64,000 nt of DNA, taken from the NCBI GenBank assembly GCA_000004985.1, contig GG738885.1; one strand, 5' to 3'. Source of the DNA: Naegleria gruberi. Taxonomy: Eukaryota. Shown one piece after another: positions 10,321 through 21,402 of this stretch (position 1 is its first letter; each line of letters starts with the position of its first letter). The notes beneath the pieces are model-generated. The model made no database searches. It saw only the letters and a program-made list of their open reading frames with translations, and had not been told where the DNA came from. Both the position numbers and the translations under genes were made by a program.

Positions 10321-10442
10321 GGATGGCTACGGCCATATCACGATGAATGCACCTCATCCCGTCCGATTTGAGAAGTTAAGCATCGTCGAGCCACATCAGT
10401 ACTGAGGTTGGAGACAACTTGGGAACCTGTGGTGCTGTAGTC
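10321..10442 (+). rRNA. 5S ribosomal RNA gene (dispersed chromosomal copy)
   Basis: GGATGGCTACGGCCATATCACGATGAATGCACC...GAGAAGTTAAGCATCG...GTACTGAGGTTGGAGACAACTTGGGAACCTGTGGTGCTGTAGTC aligns with eukaryotic 5S (GCCUACGGCCAUACCACC...AAGCUAAGCAGGG...GGGAAUACCGGGUGCUGUAGGCUUU). Helix I ends pair (GGCTAC/GTAGTC). About 120 nt. Ends are +-2 nt. Confidence 0.85.
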
Positions 10443-10447
10443 TTTTT
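10443..10447 (+). terminator. Pol III terminator T-run immediately after the 5S gene
   Basis: TTTTT directly follows the 3' end of the 5S gene. Confidence 0.5.
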
Positions 10448-10641
10448 GCTTTTGCCCAATTATAGTTTCTTTATTACTTGTCTTTAAGAAATAGAAATGA
10501 GTGGTAAGACGAATTGTTAAAGTTTCTCAGAGTGTAATTTTCCTTTCTCTTCCAAAAACACACAATTTTGAGCTAATTCGTTTAAACTGTTGTACCCACC
10601 ACCTTCACATAACGCGTTGATAGTCCAGTTGACAGAAAAAA

Positions 10642-12741
10642 ATGCGGCCACAAGTTACTGATGACAATTACTTTTCAGATGTTTACCTTGTAACGAGAGA
10701 AGGTGATCAGGATCAACATAATGATGAAATAATTCACAATTTATTTAAAAGTTTATTAAAATTGATGAAGAAAATATCTCACTCCCGATCTCTGCATCTC
10801 ACCAATGAAAATGTACAATATTTAAGAATGGCAGTTAGAGTAAAGAGAAGAAGTGCTTCGGAATTGTCTAAACTGGAATCAAAATATGAAAATGATCGGT
10901 TATTTGCTTGGTTGGCTGTTCGATCGTTTGGCACAAATGCATTGAAAACTATTCGAAATGAAAAGTTTAAATGTGATAGAGAAATTATAAAGGCAGGATT
11001 GGAAAGTGATGGAAGTATTCTATTTGCATGTACAATTCCAAGAGAAGAATTGAGAGAGGATGAGGAATTGATTTTGAAGGGATTGGAAACTTGTCCCAGA
11101 GTTTTGGAGTTGGCAAATGACAGAATTAGAAATGATCGTTCTGTTGTTGAATCTGTATTGAAAAGAGATGGAATGCAATTGAAATATTGTGGAGAATCTA
11201 TCAAAAATGATAGAAATATTATTGGAATAGCTCTCAAACAAAATATTGAATCGTGTAAATTTATTCCAGCAGGAATAGTTGATGAACAATTGGTATTTAG
11301 AGTAGTGTTAATTAATGGATTGTTATTGGTCCACTTTCCTGAATTCAATTCGAATAGAAAAGTTGTAATTGCTGCTGTGAAACAAAATGGGTTGGCATTG
11401 GAATTTGCATCCAATGAATTGAGATCGGATGAGGAAATTGTCAAATTGGCAATGGAAACACAGAAAGATGCTCTTTTGTTTGCTAGCCCAACTCTATTGA
11501 TCAGGAAAGAGTTTATGGATAATCTTGTGAGTAAAATGATAGATTGGAGAGATATTTCGTTTAAAATTTCTGAAATAATTAAGAAATATTATTCGGATTA
11601 TGAGGAGTTTATGTTAAGCAGATATGAGAGAGGATATGAATACCCAACTTATTTATCTAATAGTTTAAGTATCGATAATTGGATTCGAATATTGGCAAAG
11701 AATATAAATTTATTCCGGCCTTTCTTGGAATACTATTCAAAATCTAAGGAATTAGTTAAAGATGTGAGCTTTCTATTGAAACTAGCACAAAAAATGAAAA
11801 TTGATGCAGATTTCAAAGAATCCTATTCTGATTATTTGGAATTGCAGAAAGCAATGATTCTTAAACAGCCATACCTGTTATATCACTTTGATCCTAGTTT
11901 GAAATCTGACTTACCACTCATGTTTAGGATACTTAGAGAAACTTCTCTTTATATTGACCTCAAATATTTTGACAAGTCATTATTGGAAAACAGAGAATTT
12001 TTATTAGAAGTACTTAAAAAATATTCCTATAATTGGGATATCTTAACCACATTTGATGATGAGCTGTACGAATGTGGAGTGGTCGATTCTTCATACTGTT
12101 TTGGAAAATATTTGGAAAAATATTGTAATAATAAGGAATATTTAATAAGGGCCATCAATAGGAATTCTAATTTATTTGAACTTCTTTCTCATAAGTTAGA
12201 TGAAGAGGATCGTATGCAACTAAAAAACAAGTTAAAAGAGGTCAGAGCTACGAATCATTTGACAGATAGAATTGAGAAACTTTCTGATGAAGAAAAGAAA
12301 GATAAAGAGCTAATTATTGGCCACCTCAAAATATCACCCATGTCCTTCCCATTCATAGATCCATCTTTAAAAAACGATATAGATGTGGTAATGACAGCCG
12401 TAACCAAACATGGAGGTGTTCTAAAGTTTCTCTCTCCAGAAATGAAAAAGAATAAGGAAGTTGTAATGGCTAGCAAACATCAAGGTTTTGCCTATGCAGA
12501 TAAAACACTTCAGAGAGATAGACAAGCCATTCTTAATGCGGCTCAACATTATGGAGGAATTTTAGAGCTATTAGATAAGGATTTGAGAAATGATGAGGAA
12601 ATTGTTCTTCAATGCATCAAGACAACGCCCATGTCATTAGAATTTGCAAGTGAAACTCTGAGAAATAATCCAGAAATTGTGAGAGTAGCTTACAATTTAG
12701 ATCCAAAAGTTGTGGAATTTACTGATCTTGTTTCTTTTTAA
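10642..12741 (+). CDS. DUF4116-repeat protein (699 aa), second family member in the window
   Basis: Repeated ELRxDREIV/AVKQNGLALEFAS/NDRxVV modules throughout, similar to the gene at 1283..3032. Confidence 0.6.
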   Translation: MRPQVTDDNYFSDVYLVTREGDQDQHNDEIIHNLFKSLLKLMKKISHSRSLHLTNENVQYLRMAVRVKRRSASELSKLESKYENDRLFAWLAVRSFGTNALKTIRNEKFKCDREIIKAGLESDGSILFACTIPREELREDEELILKGLETCPRVLELANDRIRNDRSVVESVLKRDGMQLKYCGESIKNDRNIIGIALKQNIESCKFIPAGIVDEQLVFRVVLINGLLLVHFPEFNSNRKVVIAAVKQNGLALEFASNELRSDEEIVKLAMETQKDALLFASPTLLIRKEFMDNLVSKMIDWRDISFKISEIIKKYYSDYEEFMLSRYERGYEYPTYLSNSLSIDNWIRILAKNINLFRPFLEYYSKSKELVKDVSFLLKLAQKMKIDADFKESYSDYLELQKAMILKQPYLLYHFDPSLKSDLPLMFRILRETSLYIDLKYFDKSLLENREFLLEVLKKYSYNWDILTTFDDELYECGVVDSSYCFGKYLEKYCNNKEYLIRAINRNSNLFELLSHKLDEEDRMQLKNKLKEVRATNHLTDRIEKLSDEEKKDKELIIGHLKISPMSFPFIDPSLKNDIDVVMTAVTKHGGVLKFLSPEMKKNKEVVMASKHQGFAYADKTLQRDRQAILNAAQHYGGILELLDKDLRNDEEIVLQCIKTTPMSLEFASETLRNNPEIVRVAYNLDPKVVEFTDLVSF

Positions 12742-13300
12742 AGTGTCCAAAAGATGCAATAAAACAAGTATTATGTAATATTTAAAAAAGATAAAACTGC
12801 AGAGAACACTTCAGTCGTCGTATTTATTTGCCGTATGATTGCTACTAGATTATAAAACTCATCATCTACTCGATTAGTTTTATTGAAAAAGTTGTTTTAA
12901 CTTGTGGTTTCCAATATTTGAATTTTGTTTCCAAATTGAACTTTCATTGAGTCTATTGAAAACTGTTGAAATGGATCTTTCAATTCTTCAAGGTTTTGCT
13001 AAGTATTGAAACGCATTTTCATCCAATGAACGATAATGGTGAAATATTGAGAAATTGTACAAATTGTTTATCAAATGGAAATACAGAAATTATTAAATTC
13101 CGTAATATTGATTTTTGATTCTCTGGATTGTAATCTCAATAATTAATAAAAATCTGTAATTGAAAAAATCAAAAATTACATTTAAAAAAAATGTCTGAAA
13201 GCAATCAAGTAAATTTCCTTCCAATTTATTTTTAAGAAACTTTAATATCATCTTGTTTTAATAATATATTAAAATTATTTAATATTCTTACTATTTACTA

Positions 13301-14377
13301 ATGAAATTACAGAAAATTCTAATACTCGATGGAGGTATTTCTACATACATGACAGAATTAGGACTAGAATTGAATGGTTCCTTGTGGGGAGCAAATTATT
13401 TACTGGAAAATCCGAAAGCCATCGCGAAGGTACATTCCGATTATGTTCATGAGGGATTGTGTGATATTTGCACAAGTAGTAGTTATCAAATTTCTCAGGA
13501 GGGACTTGCTGCTGATCATGTTTCAATGAAGGAGGAGGAAAGAATTGAATTGGCCAGTAGGATGTTTCGGGATTCTGTTCAGATTGCTAGAAAAGTTGTT
13601 AGAGAGAAGGAGAAATTGGTGGCTGCAAGTGTTAGTTGTTTTGGAGCATCAATTTCAAATTTACTTGGAGAGGCAAAGGAATATTTTGGTGATTATTTGG
13701 ATGAGGATGCTGATTCGAATAGTGGACATTATGTTCACAAGTTTGTGAAACAATTGAGTGAAAAATTGGGTGAAACTTTGGAAAAATCTGGAATGGAACA
13801 AGTAATTTATGATTTTCACTATCCAAGAGTGAGAGAATTGATATTGGCTGAGCCAGATTTTATCTTGTTGGAGACAATGCCTGTTTTGAAGGAAGTTGAA
13901 ATTTTATGTGATCGAGTCATTCCAGATATTTTGAAGGAGTTGAATAAGAAAGGTATCAAAGTGATGATATCATTCTATTGTAAAGATGGCTTACACACTG
14001 GACATGGAGAAAGTATTGAGAAATGTGTCGAGTATGTCAATCAAGATAGGTTTAATCCATCATTATTTGAGATTTTTGCTGTTGGGGCAAACTGTATTTC
14101 TCCATCTATAGTTCCAATTTTAATTGAAAATATTCACACTCATCTCAGAAAGGATATTTCCATCATTCTCTATCCTAACAGTGGTGAAATTTACGATAAT
14201 CTCACAAAATCTTGGAGCATACCACAGGGTGGATTGGATTGGCTTTATGATAGAGATTTTATTCCATTCATCAAGAAATGGAGTGAAAACCATCCAGAAA
14301 GAAAGTTGGTAATTGGTGGCTGTTGTAGAACTAATCCAAGAAATATTAAGAAATTGGCCAATTCCTTAAACCATTAG
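13301..14377 (+). CDS. Homocysteine S-methyltransferase family protein (Pfam S-methyl_trans domain)
   Basis: N-terminal ILDGGISTYMTELG...WGANYLLENPKAIAKVHSDYVHEG matches the HMT domain. C-terminal GGCCRTNP is the conserved zinc-binding GGCC(G/R)T motif. Length 358 aa, typical for the family. Confidence 0.75.
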   Translation: MKLQKILILDGGISTYMTELGLELNGSLWGANYLLENPKAIAKVHSDYVHEGLCDICTSSSYQISQEGLAADHVSMKEEERIELASRMFRDSVQIARKVVREKEKLVAASVSCFGASISNLLGEAKEYFGDYLDEDADSNSGHYVHKFVKQLSEKLGETLEKSGMEQVIYDFHYPRVRELILAEPDFILLETMPVLKEVEILCDRVIPDILKELNKKGIKVMISFYCKDGLHTGHGESIEKCVEYVNQDRFNPSLFEIFAVGANCISPSIVPILIENIHTHLRKDISIILYPNSGEIYDNLTKSWSIPQGGLDWLYDRDFIPFIKKWSENHPERKLVIGGCCRTNPRNIKKLANSLNH

Positions 14378-14414
14378 ATATTGCAATATTATAAATAGAA
14401 AAACTTGAAAAAAA

Positions 14415-15626
14415 ATGGCAACAGATCCAACAGACTCATACCGATTCGACGAACCAGTACTTTTTGAAACTATAGAACTAGATGAAGCCTTACTTGTGGA
14501 AAAACATTCCGCCTTAATGACGACATCTTTGTCACCATTCAGGACCACAACAATACCCAAAATGCTCCCTTACACCGAACTACCAAGAGATTTTTCCAAA
14601 ATTTGCTTGGGCTCTGTGATAGTGAAGAGTATGTTTACACCACATGATGATGAGCACATTACTAATTTACCACTAATTGGTGCCGGGTCTTTACTTTCTC
14701 CAATTATGAAAAATTGTGGCTCAAAGGTTTTCATTTCAACTGCACTCCACAATGTTTTAAAGCTTGGAAATTCTTTGGTGAAGTTGGAGGTCCAGTTTGG
14801 TAAACAAGCAGCCCATCCATTATTTGTTTTGTGTGGAAAGATTGTTAGTCATGGAAGACCTTTGTTTCCACTGAAATGTTATCCGAATGAAGATTGGGCT
14901 ATTTTGGAAATACTTGAAAAAACAAGTGGGGAGATTTTTGAAATGTTTATAGATCACCACGATTATACTTTTGTACCAAGCTTTATGATTCCGAGACCTT
15001 CAAAAGTGGAGAAAACTATTCTCAATGATAGATATTCATTGGCTTTGTTCTCCTTTCTTTTGCACCATTATGGACCAACAAGTGAAGATATTGAGGTTTT
15101 GAAACGACAAGGTCATCATGATATTCCTCTCCTAAAGGAACAAATCATGGAATGGATTGAGACTGGTGTAATGTATGGAAGTTTTGGATATGGAACAAAA
15201 ATCTCCAAACAAACTCTCCTTCATTCAGTTGGAACTTTAAGTGCTTGTTCAGGAGCAATGGTTATTGGTGTAGATTTACCATTGGGTAAAGATATGGTTA
15301 TATTTAAGGACCATCTCAAGTCGGTTAGTTTCAATAAGATAAATGCTATTGGAATACATGTTGGTTATGGAGAGGACCAACAACATAATGTGTTGTGTCC
15401 AGTTAGTGTATGGTTTGAAAATTATTATAGAATTGTCTATCCAGAAATTTGTAATTATTTAACCAATGATGACAAAAGAAGAATTCAAAAAGAAGCCATA
15501 TTCATGCAGAGACTGGATAAATATCAAAGACATAAGATGATGACATTAGCATTTTGCGACGTGAAGATTATTTGTCAAGAAAAATCAAATAGCAGAGAAG
15601 ACGGAGCTTGTTGTAAAATAGTTTAA
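14415..15626 (+). CDS. Hypothetical protein (403 aa), no recognisable domain
   Basis: Intact ORF with ATG in A-rich context (aaaaaaaATGG). Converges on the 3' end of the VIT/VWA gene. Confidence 0.45.
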   Translation: MATDPTDSYRFDEPVLFETIELDEALLVEKHSALMTTSLSPFRTTTIPKMLPYTELPRDFSKICLGSVIVKSMFTPHDDEHITNLPLIGAGSLLSPIMKNCGSKVFISTALHNVLKLGNSLVKLEVQFGKQAAHPLFVLCGKIVSHGRPLFPLKCYPNEDWAILEILEKTSGEIFEMFIDHHDYTFVPSFMIPRPSKVEKTILNDRYSLALFSFLLHHYGPTSEDIEVLKRQGHHDIPLLKEQIMEWIETGVMYGSFGYGTKISKQTLLHSVGTLSACSGAMVIGVDLPLGKDMVIFKDHLKSVSFNKINAIGIHVGYGEDQQHNVLCPVSVWFENYYRIVYPEICNYLTNDDKRRIQKEAIFMQRLDKYQRHKMMTLAFCDVKIICQEKSNSREDGACCKIV

Positions 15627-15682
15627 GATTGCAATCGAACCCACAAGGGAGTATTTAAATCCAAGTTATCATCAAATTTTAT

Positions 15683-18600
15683 TTAAACAATTTCAATATC
15701 ACAAATTTCAATATTTTCCTTGTGTGAAGAAAGTCTAATGGTTACCATTTGTCTCTTTTCATCTGGTCTCATATAATTAGAAAAGAAGGTACACAAAATA
15801 GTTGTGCCACCAGTTAAGCTTTGGGAATGGCTACTGAAATAATTGGTTGTTGCCTTGTATGTTCCCTTTGGAGCTTTCTTTACCATGTATTCCTCAGGTC
15901 CGTAACCTTGTCTGAAATCTCTACTCACTAATTGGGATAGAGAAAATGAAATTTAACATAATACACCTTGTGAATTACTTACCGTATCCTCCAATTCTTG
16001 TTCTATTATGAGCAAAGTATGCATGTTCCCCGTGTGGAGCTGGCTCATTAACGTGCAAATCCTAATTGAATTATTAATACAAATATCTTACAATAAAACT
16101 TACAATATCCTATAAAGGTGTGATTAACATGTCAAAGTGATTAAAAATACTTACAACCATATCTGTATCCCATGCCATTGAGATACGAATATCCAAATCA
16201 AAGTTATGAATGAATCTCTTATCAATAATTGGAAGATCTGGATTCTTGAGTAAGAGATGGTTCATCTCAGTGGCAACTGTTAATTCAATTTCATCGAAAC
16301 GAGAATCCCATTTGTCAGTGATAACTCTATTGAATAATTTCATAGATTCTTCATACTTTCCCATTCTTTCCTTGACAAGGGCCAAATCTCTGTAAGATTG
16401 AGGCTCGTGTGGTGAAATCTTTTTAATCTTTTCGAATACCCATTCAGCAAGTTCCAATTCATCTGCTTGATCCAAACGATATCCAACAATACGATACAAT
16501 TGAACATTTTCCAATTCCAATTCAGCAACATTTGACAAAACTCTAACTCCCAACTCTCTAGAATTGAGTGATGTGAGGAACATGTCAGCAACATCCAAAT
16601 AGAAAGCTGGTGAATCTCTGTAGGATTTTCTTTGTTTAAGATATTCCTTGTATGGATTACTTGATGATTTGATCAATGAGTAATAAGTAGCATCTGGACT
16701 CCATGCTTTAATTGAGATTGATCCAGAAACACTAGATGATGATTCCTCAACTACACTAGCTACACTGGAGGATTGTTGCTCACTTGATGACAAAATATTT
16801 CTTTGTCTAATATCACCAAGTAATGATGAACTTGCAGTGACGCTACTCTCTGCACAACGAGATCTACTGAGTACAGGTGAAATAGCTGATCTACTTATAC
16901 TTTGTGATTGAGGAATACTTGACATGGAAGGTCTTGAAGGAGGGGGACCAGATGATAATGGTGGAGGAACTGCTGTAGACTGTTTTCCTGAAGAAGGTGG
17001 AGGTGGCAAACAGTCAGATCTCATCGATAGAGAAGGTGGAGGTGGAGGTGGACTTGACAAACATTCATCACGACTCATAATTAGTGAGTCGGCACTATTC
17101 TCAGTGCACCACTCTTCACACTCTTCGTCACAACATAACTCCACTTCTTCATTCAATGTAATAGGGCAAGAAACAGCATCCATTCCTGGAGGAGGAGGTG
17201 GAGGTAACAACAGATCATTGCTATTGTTATTATTATTATTATTATTGTAGATATTAATGGAACCAGTTGTTGTAATTTCACTTGTAGTACTTGTAATTGT
17301 ACTTGAAGGTAATTCATTGAGTCTAATTTCATTTACAGTTTGACGAATAGGTTGAATTTCTGGCAATTTAAAGTCAGTTTTGTGCCAATCGACACGTTGC
17401 TTCCACATTGAAAGAATTCTTTCAGTCTTTTGTTGTTCTTGTTTGAGTTTTGAATCAGCTTCTTCCTTCTTGAGCTTTTTAAACTCACCCAAAACAAGTG
17501 GAAGAGACTCTGGTGGAGTAATGTCATGTTTCAAGTATTGATCTAACTTTTCCAAAACTACAAGTGAAGAAGAATCAGTTACAATTCTGAAATCAAAGCC
17601 AATTTGTTTGATTTCTTCCTTAAATAAGTGTGGGAATGCTGAGAGACATTCAATTTTCTTTTGAGCCCACAAATAAGGAACAATTGGAGCATCAGTTTGA
17701 GTCATTTCACTAATTGGAAGGACAAGTTCTTGTACATGGAAGACGTTTGATCCGTATCTGAAGGAAACAGCAAGTTTTGTACTGGAATTGGTTGATTTCT
17801 TATTGAACATACCATAGAGTTTGAAGATTTCTCCTTCGACCAAGGTAATTGGTTCATTTGGATAAACTTCTGTCAAGTCTGCATCTTCAAAATCTGCAAC
17901 TGCAAATGAAAGCACTGGTTTACCAATGGAATTAATAAGTTCGTCATCGCTCAATTCATTAGCATTCAAATAAATGCCACCACTCTTTGTGGAAATGTGT
18001 TTCAATAGAGTTGAGTTGACAATTGAAGAAAAGTTGACAAAGTAAATTGGCTTTCCGAATGAGCACATTGGTCCAATTTCATGTCCAAATGTATGGACAC
18101 CATCTGTAAAGGCAATGCAGTAATCTACACTATCATTCAATAAATTCTTATCAAAGAGTAACATGTTAGATCCACCATCATAGACAAACTCTTCAGATTC
18201 GACATATTTCAATAAATCATCAATATTGGTGAATGTTTGACTCTTAATGGTGGTACAACTGAATTGAGTCAATTCAATAGAGGTAGCACCTACACCTTCA
18301 ATGATCTTTCTAAGTTTGGCAACTTTCTTTGAGTGTGCTGCTTCTTGAGAAAGAGAGCAATCCCAAACAAGTTGAATCTTGTCTCCAATTCTTGATTGAT
18401 TCTTCAATTGTTCTGGAATTTTAGGAACTGGAACTGATGTCATGAAATAACCATTCTCAACTGCCAAGAGAATGTCATTGACACTTGTGGCTTCCTTCTT
18501 GATTGAGAAATTGAAACCTGCCATGTTTTCGCTCATTTGGTTTTTAGTAATTTGGAAATAGGCGCTTCTCTTACTGACATTCTTGCTTGTCCACAATAAT

Positions 18601-19493
18601 TGATTTTCCTTCTCAATCTTTTCTCCACCAAATTTAGATAAACTCATTGACAATTCAGTTTCATATCCTTGTAGAGAAGTTTCATTCAATGTGAATTCAA
18701 TATTGGTATCAGAACGTAACTTTTCAAAATCCAAATATGCAACTGGAATGAAAACACTTCCTTGGAGAGTTCCTGTTTCTTGATCTTTAGATTCAACTTT
18801 TTCTTTCAACATCATTTGATATTTGACTTGAACTGTCTTGTCTTGATTTGGATGCATTGGATAAACCTTTGTCTTGAAACAATTAGAAGCTTGAGTCAAC
18901 TTTTCAACAATTGAAACAGTTCCTCCAGCTCTAACTTCACTTTCGAATACAGCTTTTGCCTTTTCCTTCTCAACTGGGACAGCATCAACCAATTTACCAT
19001 TCACTTCCATTGCATAACCCATCATAGTTGCTCCATCAGGCATTGGCAACACTAATTCACCTTCAATTGTTTTACCATGTGGACTATTAAATGTCATAGT
19101 AGAAACCACTTGAACAATAGGATAAGTAACATGACATTTAACATGATGAGAAACTAATGGCAACAATGTGGATGCTTTATCGGAAAACTTCTCTCCAGTT
19201 ACTTGGACATGAATAAAACTATCGGTTGGAAGATCCTTCTTGCTGGTAGTAGTTGTGGTTGCAATTTCTTTTTTGTCATCGGTTGCATTTGTGGTTGTAT
19301 TTGTAGTTGAACTAATTGATGGTTGACTTGTTTCTTGTGGTTTGTCCAAAACTTCAGTTTTTGCTGGAGTTGTTGCCGTTGGTTGTTTGCTGGATGTTGT
19401 TTCTGTGTTGTTTGGTGTCGTTGATGATTTTTCAAGTTCACTTATTTCTTCATCGACAGCAGCTGCTGATTTCTTACTTTTAAAAAAGCCCAT
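15683..19493 (-). CDS. VIT + von Willebrand factor A domain protein (inter-alpha-trypsin-inhibitor/VWA5A/vault-PARP-like architecture) with long low-complexity T/S/P/N-rich linkers. Main exon 16110..19493 plus three small 3' exons
   Basis: VIT-like N-terminal region (...HVQVTGEKF...VVSTMTFNSPHGKTIEGELVLPMPDGATMMGYAMEVNGK...), VWA (CIAFTDGVHTFG..., GGIYLNAN). Poly-N, poly-P tracts. 3' introns: GTAAGT at about 16150 to TTAG at about 16054; GTAAGT at about 15973 to AATTAG at about 15913. These join DLHVNEPAPHGEHAYFAHNRTRIGGY and VSRDFRQGYGPEEY...DIEIV* in frame. Confidence 0.65.
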
Positions 19494-19719
19494 TTTTTTT
19501 TTTTGATTTTCTGAGATTATGTTAACTCCATCTGTTCTTTTTATGATCTAAAGGAAGAAGGATGTGTGAACATGATCCAGGGAGTTACGATTAGTTCTTC
19601 GAGACCAAAAATTCACTAAAACAATGGCTTGTAAGCAAATGGTAATAGATAACTCCTCTATGACTTTTGATAATGAGAAATAATCATCATTTAAGTTTTT
19701 TTAATGCGAAAAAACTGCA

Positions 19720-19792
19720 TGCTGACGGACGGGATCGAACCGGCGACCAATGGCTTATTAGACCAACGCTCTACCGACTGAGCTACGCCAGC
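19720..19792 (-). tRNA. tRNA-Ile (anticodon AAU)
   Basis: Reverse complement GCTGGCGTAGCTCAGTCGGTAGAGCGTTGGTCTAATAAGCCATTGGTCGCCGGTTCGATCCCGTCCGTCAGCA folds as a 73-nt cloverleaf (7-bp acceptor, D arm GCTC/GAGC, anticodon loop CTAATAA, T loop TTCGATC). T-run (TTTTTT) follows on the minus strand. Two non-Watson-Crick pairs (27-43 T-T, 50-64 C-T). Confidence 0.75.
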
Positions 19793-19993
19793 TTCACAAT
19801 GATCTAACACCTTAATGAACTAGCCAAATACCTAATTTCCAATACAAATTATAGTTGTTTTCTTTTAGCTGGTGGGAATTATAAAAGATGTCACATTTCA
19901 AAGAACATCAGAAAACTTGCAAAAAAAATAGCAAACAAAGCAGACAAGATTTTGAAAATTAATTTCGGAGGATGAACTATTCATCAATACAAC

Positions 19994-21173
19994 ATGGAGA
20001 AAGCAAAAAAGAAAAAACTAGTGTCGCTCCAACGAGAAGAAATATTTTCCGATGATATTTGTTTTGAAATAATTTCCATGATTGATAATTCGTGGTTTAT
20101 TTTGAATAATTGTTCCTTGATTTCAAAACAATTCTTTAATGTGATCAAGGAACGTTCAAAACTTTTTATTAAATTTAAAAAGAAATTTACAGAGAAAAGA
20201 ATTAAATTATTCATGAAGAGTCAATTTATGAATAGTATTGTTAATGTTAAATTTTCTAAAAGGTTGTTTGATTCTATAGAAAAACCCACATTCATAACTG
20301 AAATGAAACAATTAACTTCACTTGATATTAGTAACAATCGAATTGGTTATGTAACAGCCGAATCAATAATAAGTGAAATGAAACAGTTAACATCATTTAA
20401 TATTAGTGGAAATAGCATTGATGATGAAACAGCCAAATCAATAACTGAAATGAAACAATTAACTTCACTTGATATTAGTAACAATGGAATTGGTGATGAA
20501 ACAGCCGAATCAATAATAAGTGAAATGAAACAATTAACATCATTTAATATTGGTGGAAATATCATTGGTGATGAAGGAGCCAAATCAATAAGTGAAATGA
20601 AACAATTAACATCACTTAGTGTTAATAACAGTGGAATTGGTGTAGCAGGAGCCAAATTTATAAGTGAAATGAAACAACTAACATTACTTGATATTGGTGA
20701 AAATTCAAGTGGTGTAGCAGGAGCCAAATTTATAAGTGAAATGAAACAATTAACATCACTTAATATTGGTGGAAATAGCGTTGGTGTAGAAGGAATCAAA
20801 TATATAAGTGAAATGAAACAATTAACATCACTTACTATTTATAACAGTGGAATTATTGAAATTAACACTACTTGATATTGGTAGAAATGATATTGGTGAT
20901 GAAGGAATCAAATCAATAATTGAAATGAAACAATTAACTAAACTTGATATTAGTGGAAATAGCATTGGTGTAGAAGGAGTAAAATCAATACGAAAACTGA
21001 AACAATTAATATCACTTGATATATGCTACAACGAAATTGGTGTAGAAGGAGCCAAATCAATACGTAAAATGAAACAATTAACATCACTTGCTATTCGTGA
21101 AAATGGTATTCGTGATGAAGGAGCCAAATTTATATTTGGAATGAAGCAATTAAAATCACTTGATATTCAGTAG
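19994..21173 (+). CDS. F-box-like/leucine-rich-repeat (RNI-type) protein encoded by about 12 tandem 72-bp (24-aa) repeat units; frame broken near 20850-20880 (ORFs 19994..20875 and 20847..21173)
   Basis: N-terminus EIFSDDICFEIISMIDNSWFILNNCSLISKQFF is F-box-like. Repeats of EMKQLTSLDISNNGIGDETAESIIS. One unit lost about 40 nt, shifting the frame. Confidence 0.55.
20290..21170. repeat. Tandem repeat array, period 72 bp, about 12 copies, highly homogenised (LRR coding repeats)
   Basis: Recurring gaaatgaaacaattaacatcacttgatattagt...ggaattggtgatgaaacagccgaatcaataataagt units. Confidence 0.7.
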
Positions 21174-21402
21174 TATTATACAGTCAATCTTTTTTGTTAA
21201 GCACTACATATGTCTAATTCTGAGCAATGTGAAGAATGGACTTGGTTGTTGAAAAAACTATGAAGTGGAGCTTGTCTAATTGATAAGAAAACCTAATACG
21301 GAAGTGAAAGTACCAACCGGCAGTATCTTCATCAGTTCAACCATTGTAAATAATTGTAAATAGTCCAAAAAAATCAAACAATCCACACAAAAAGCCAAAA
21401 AA

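Noticed and set aside
16924-17250. ORF 16924..17250 + (Gly-rich) and other small ORFs inside the VIT/VWA gene
   Set aside because: Antisense of the poly-Pro/poly-Asn tracts (CCN/AAT repeats read as GGN). Not independent genes.
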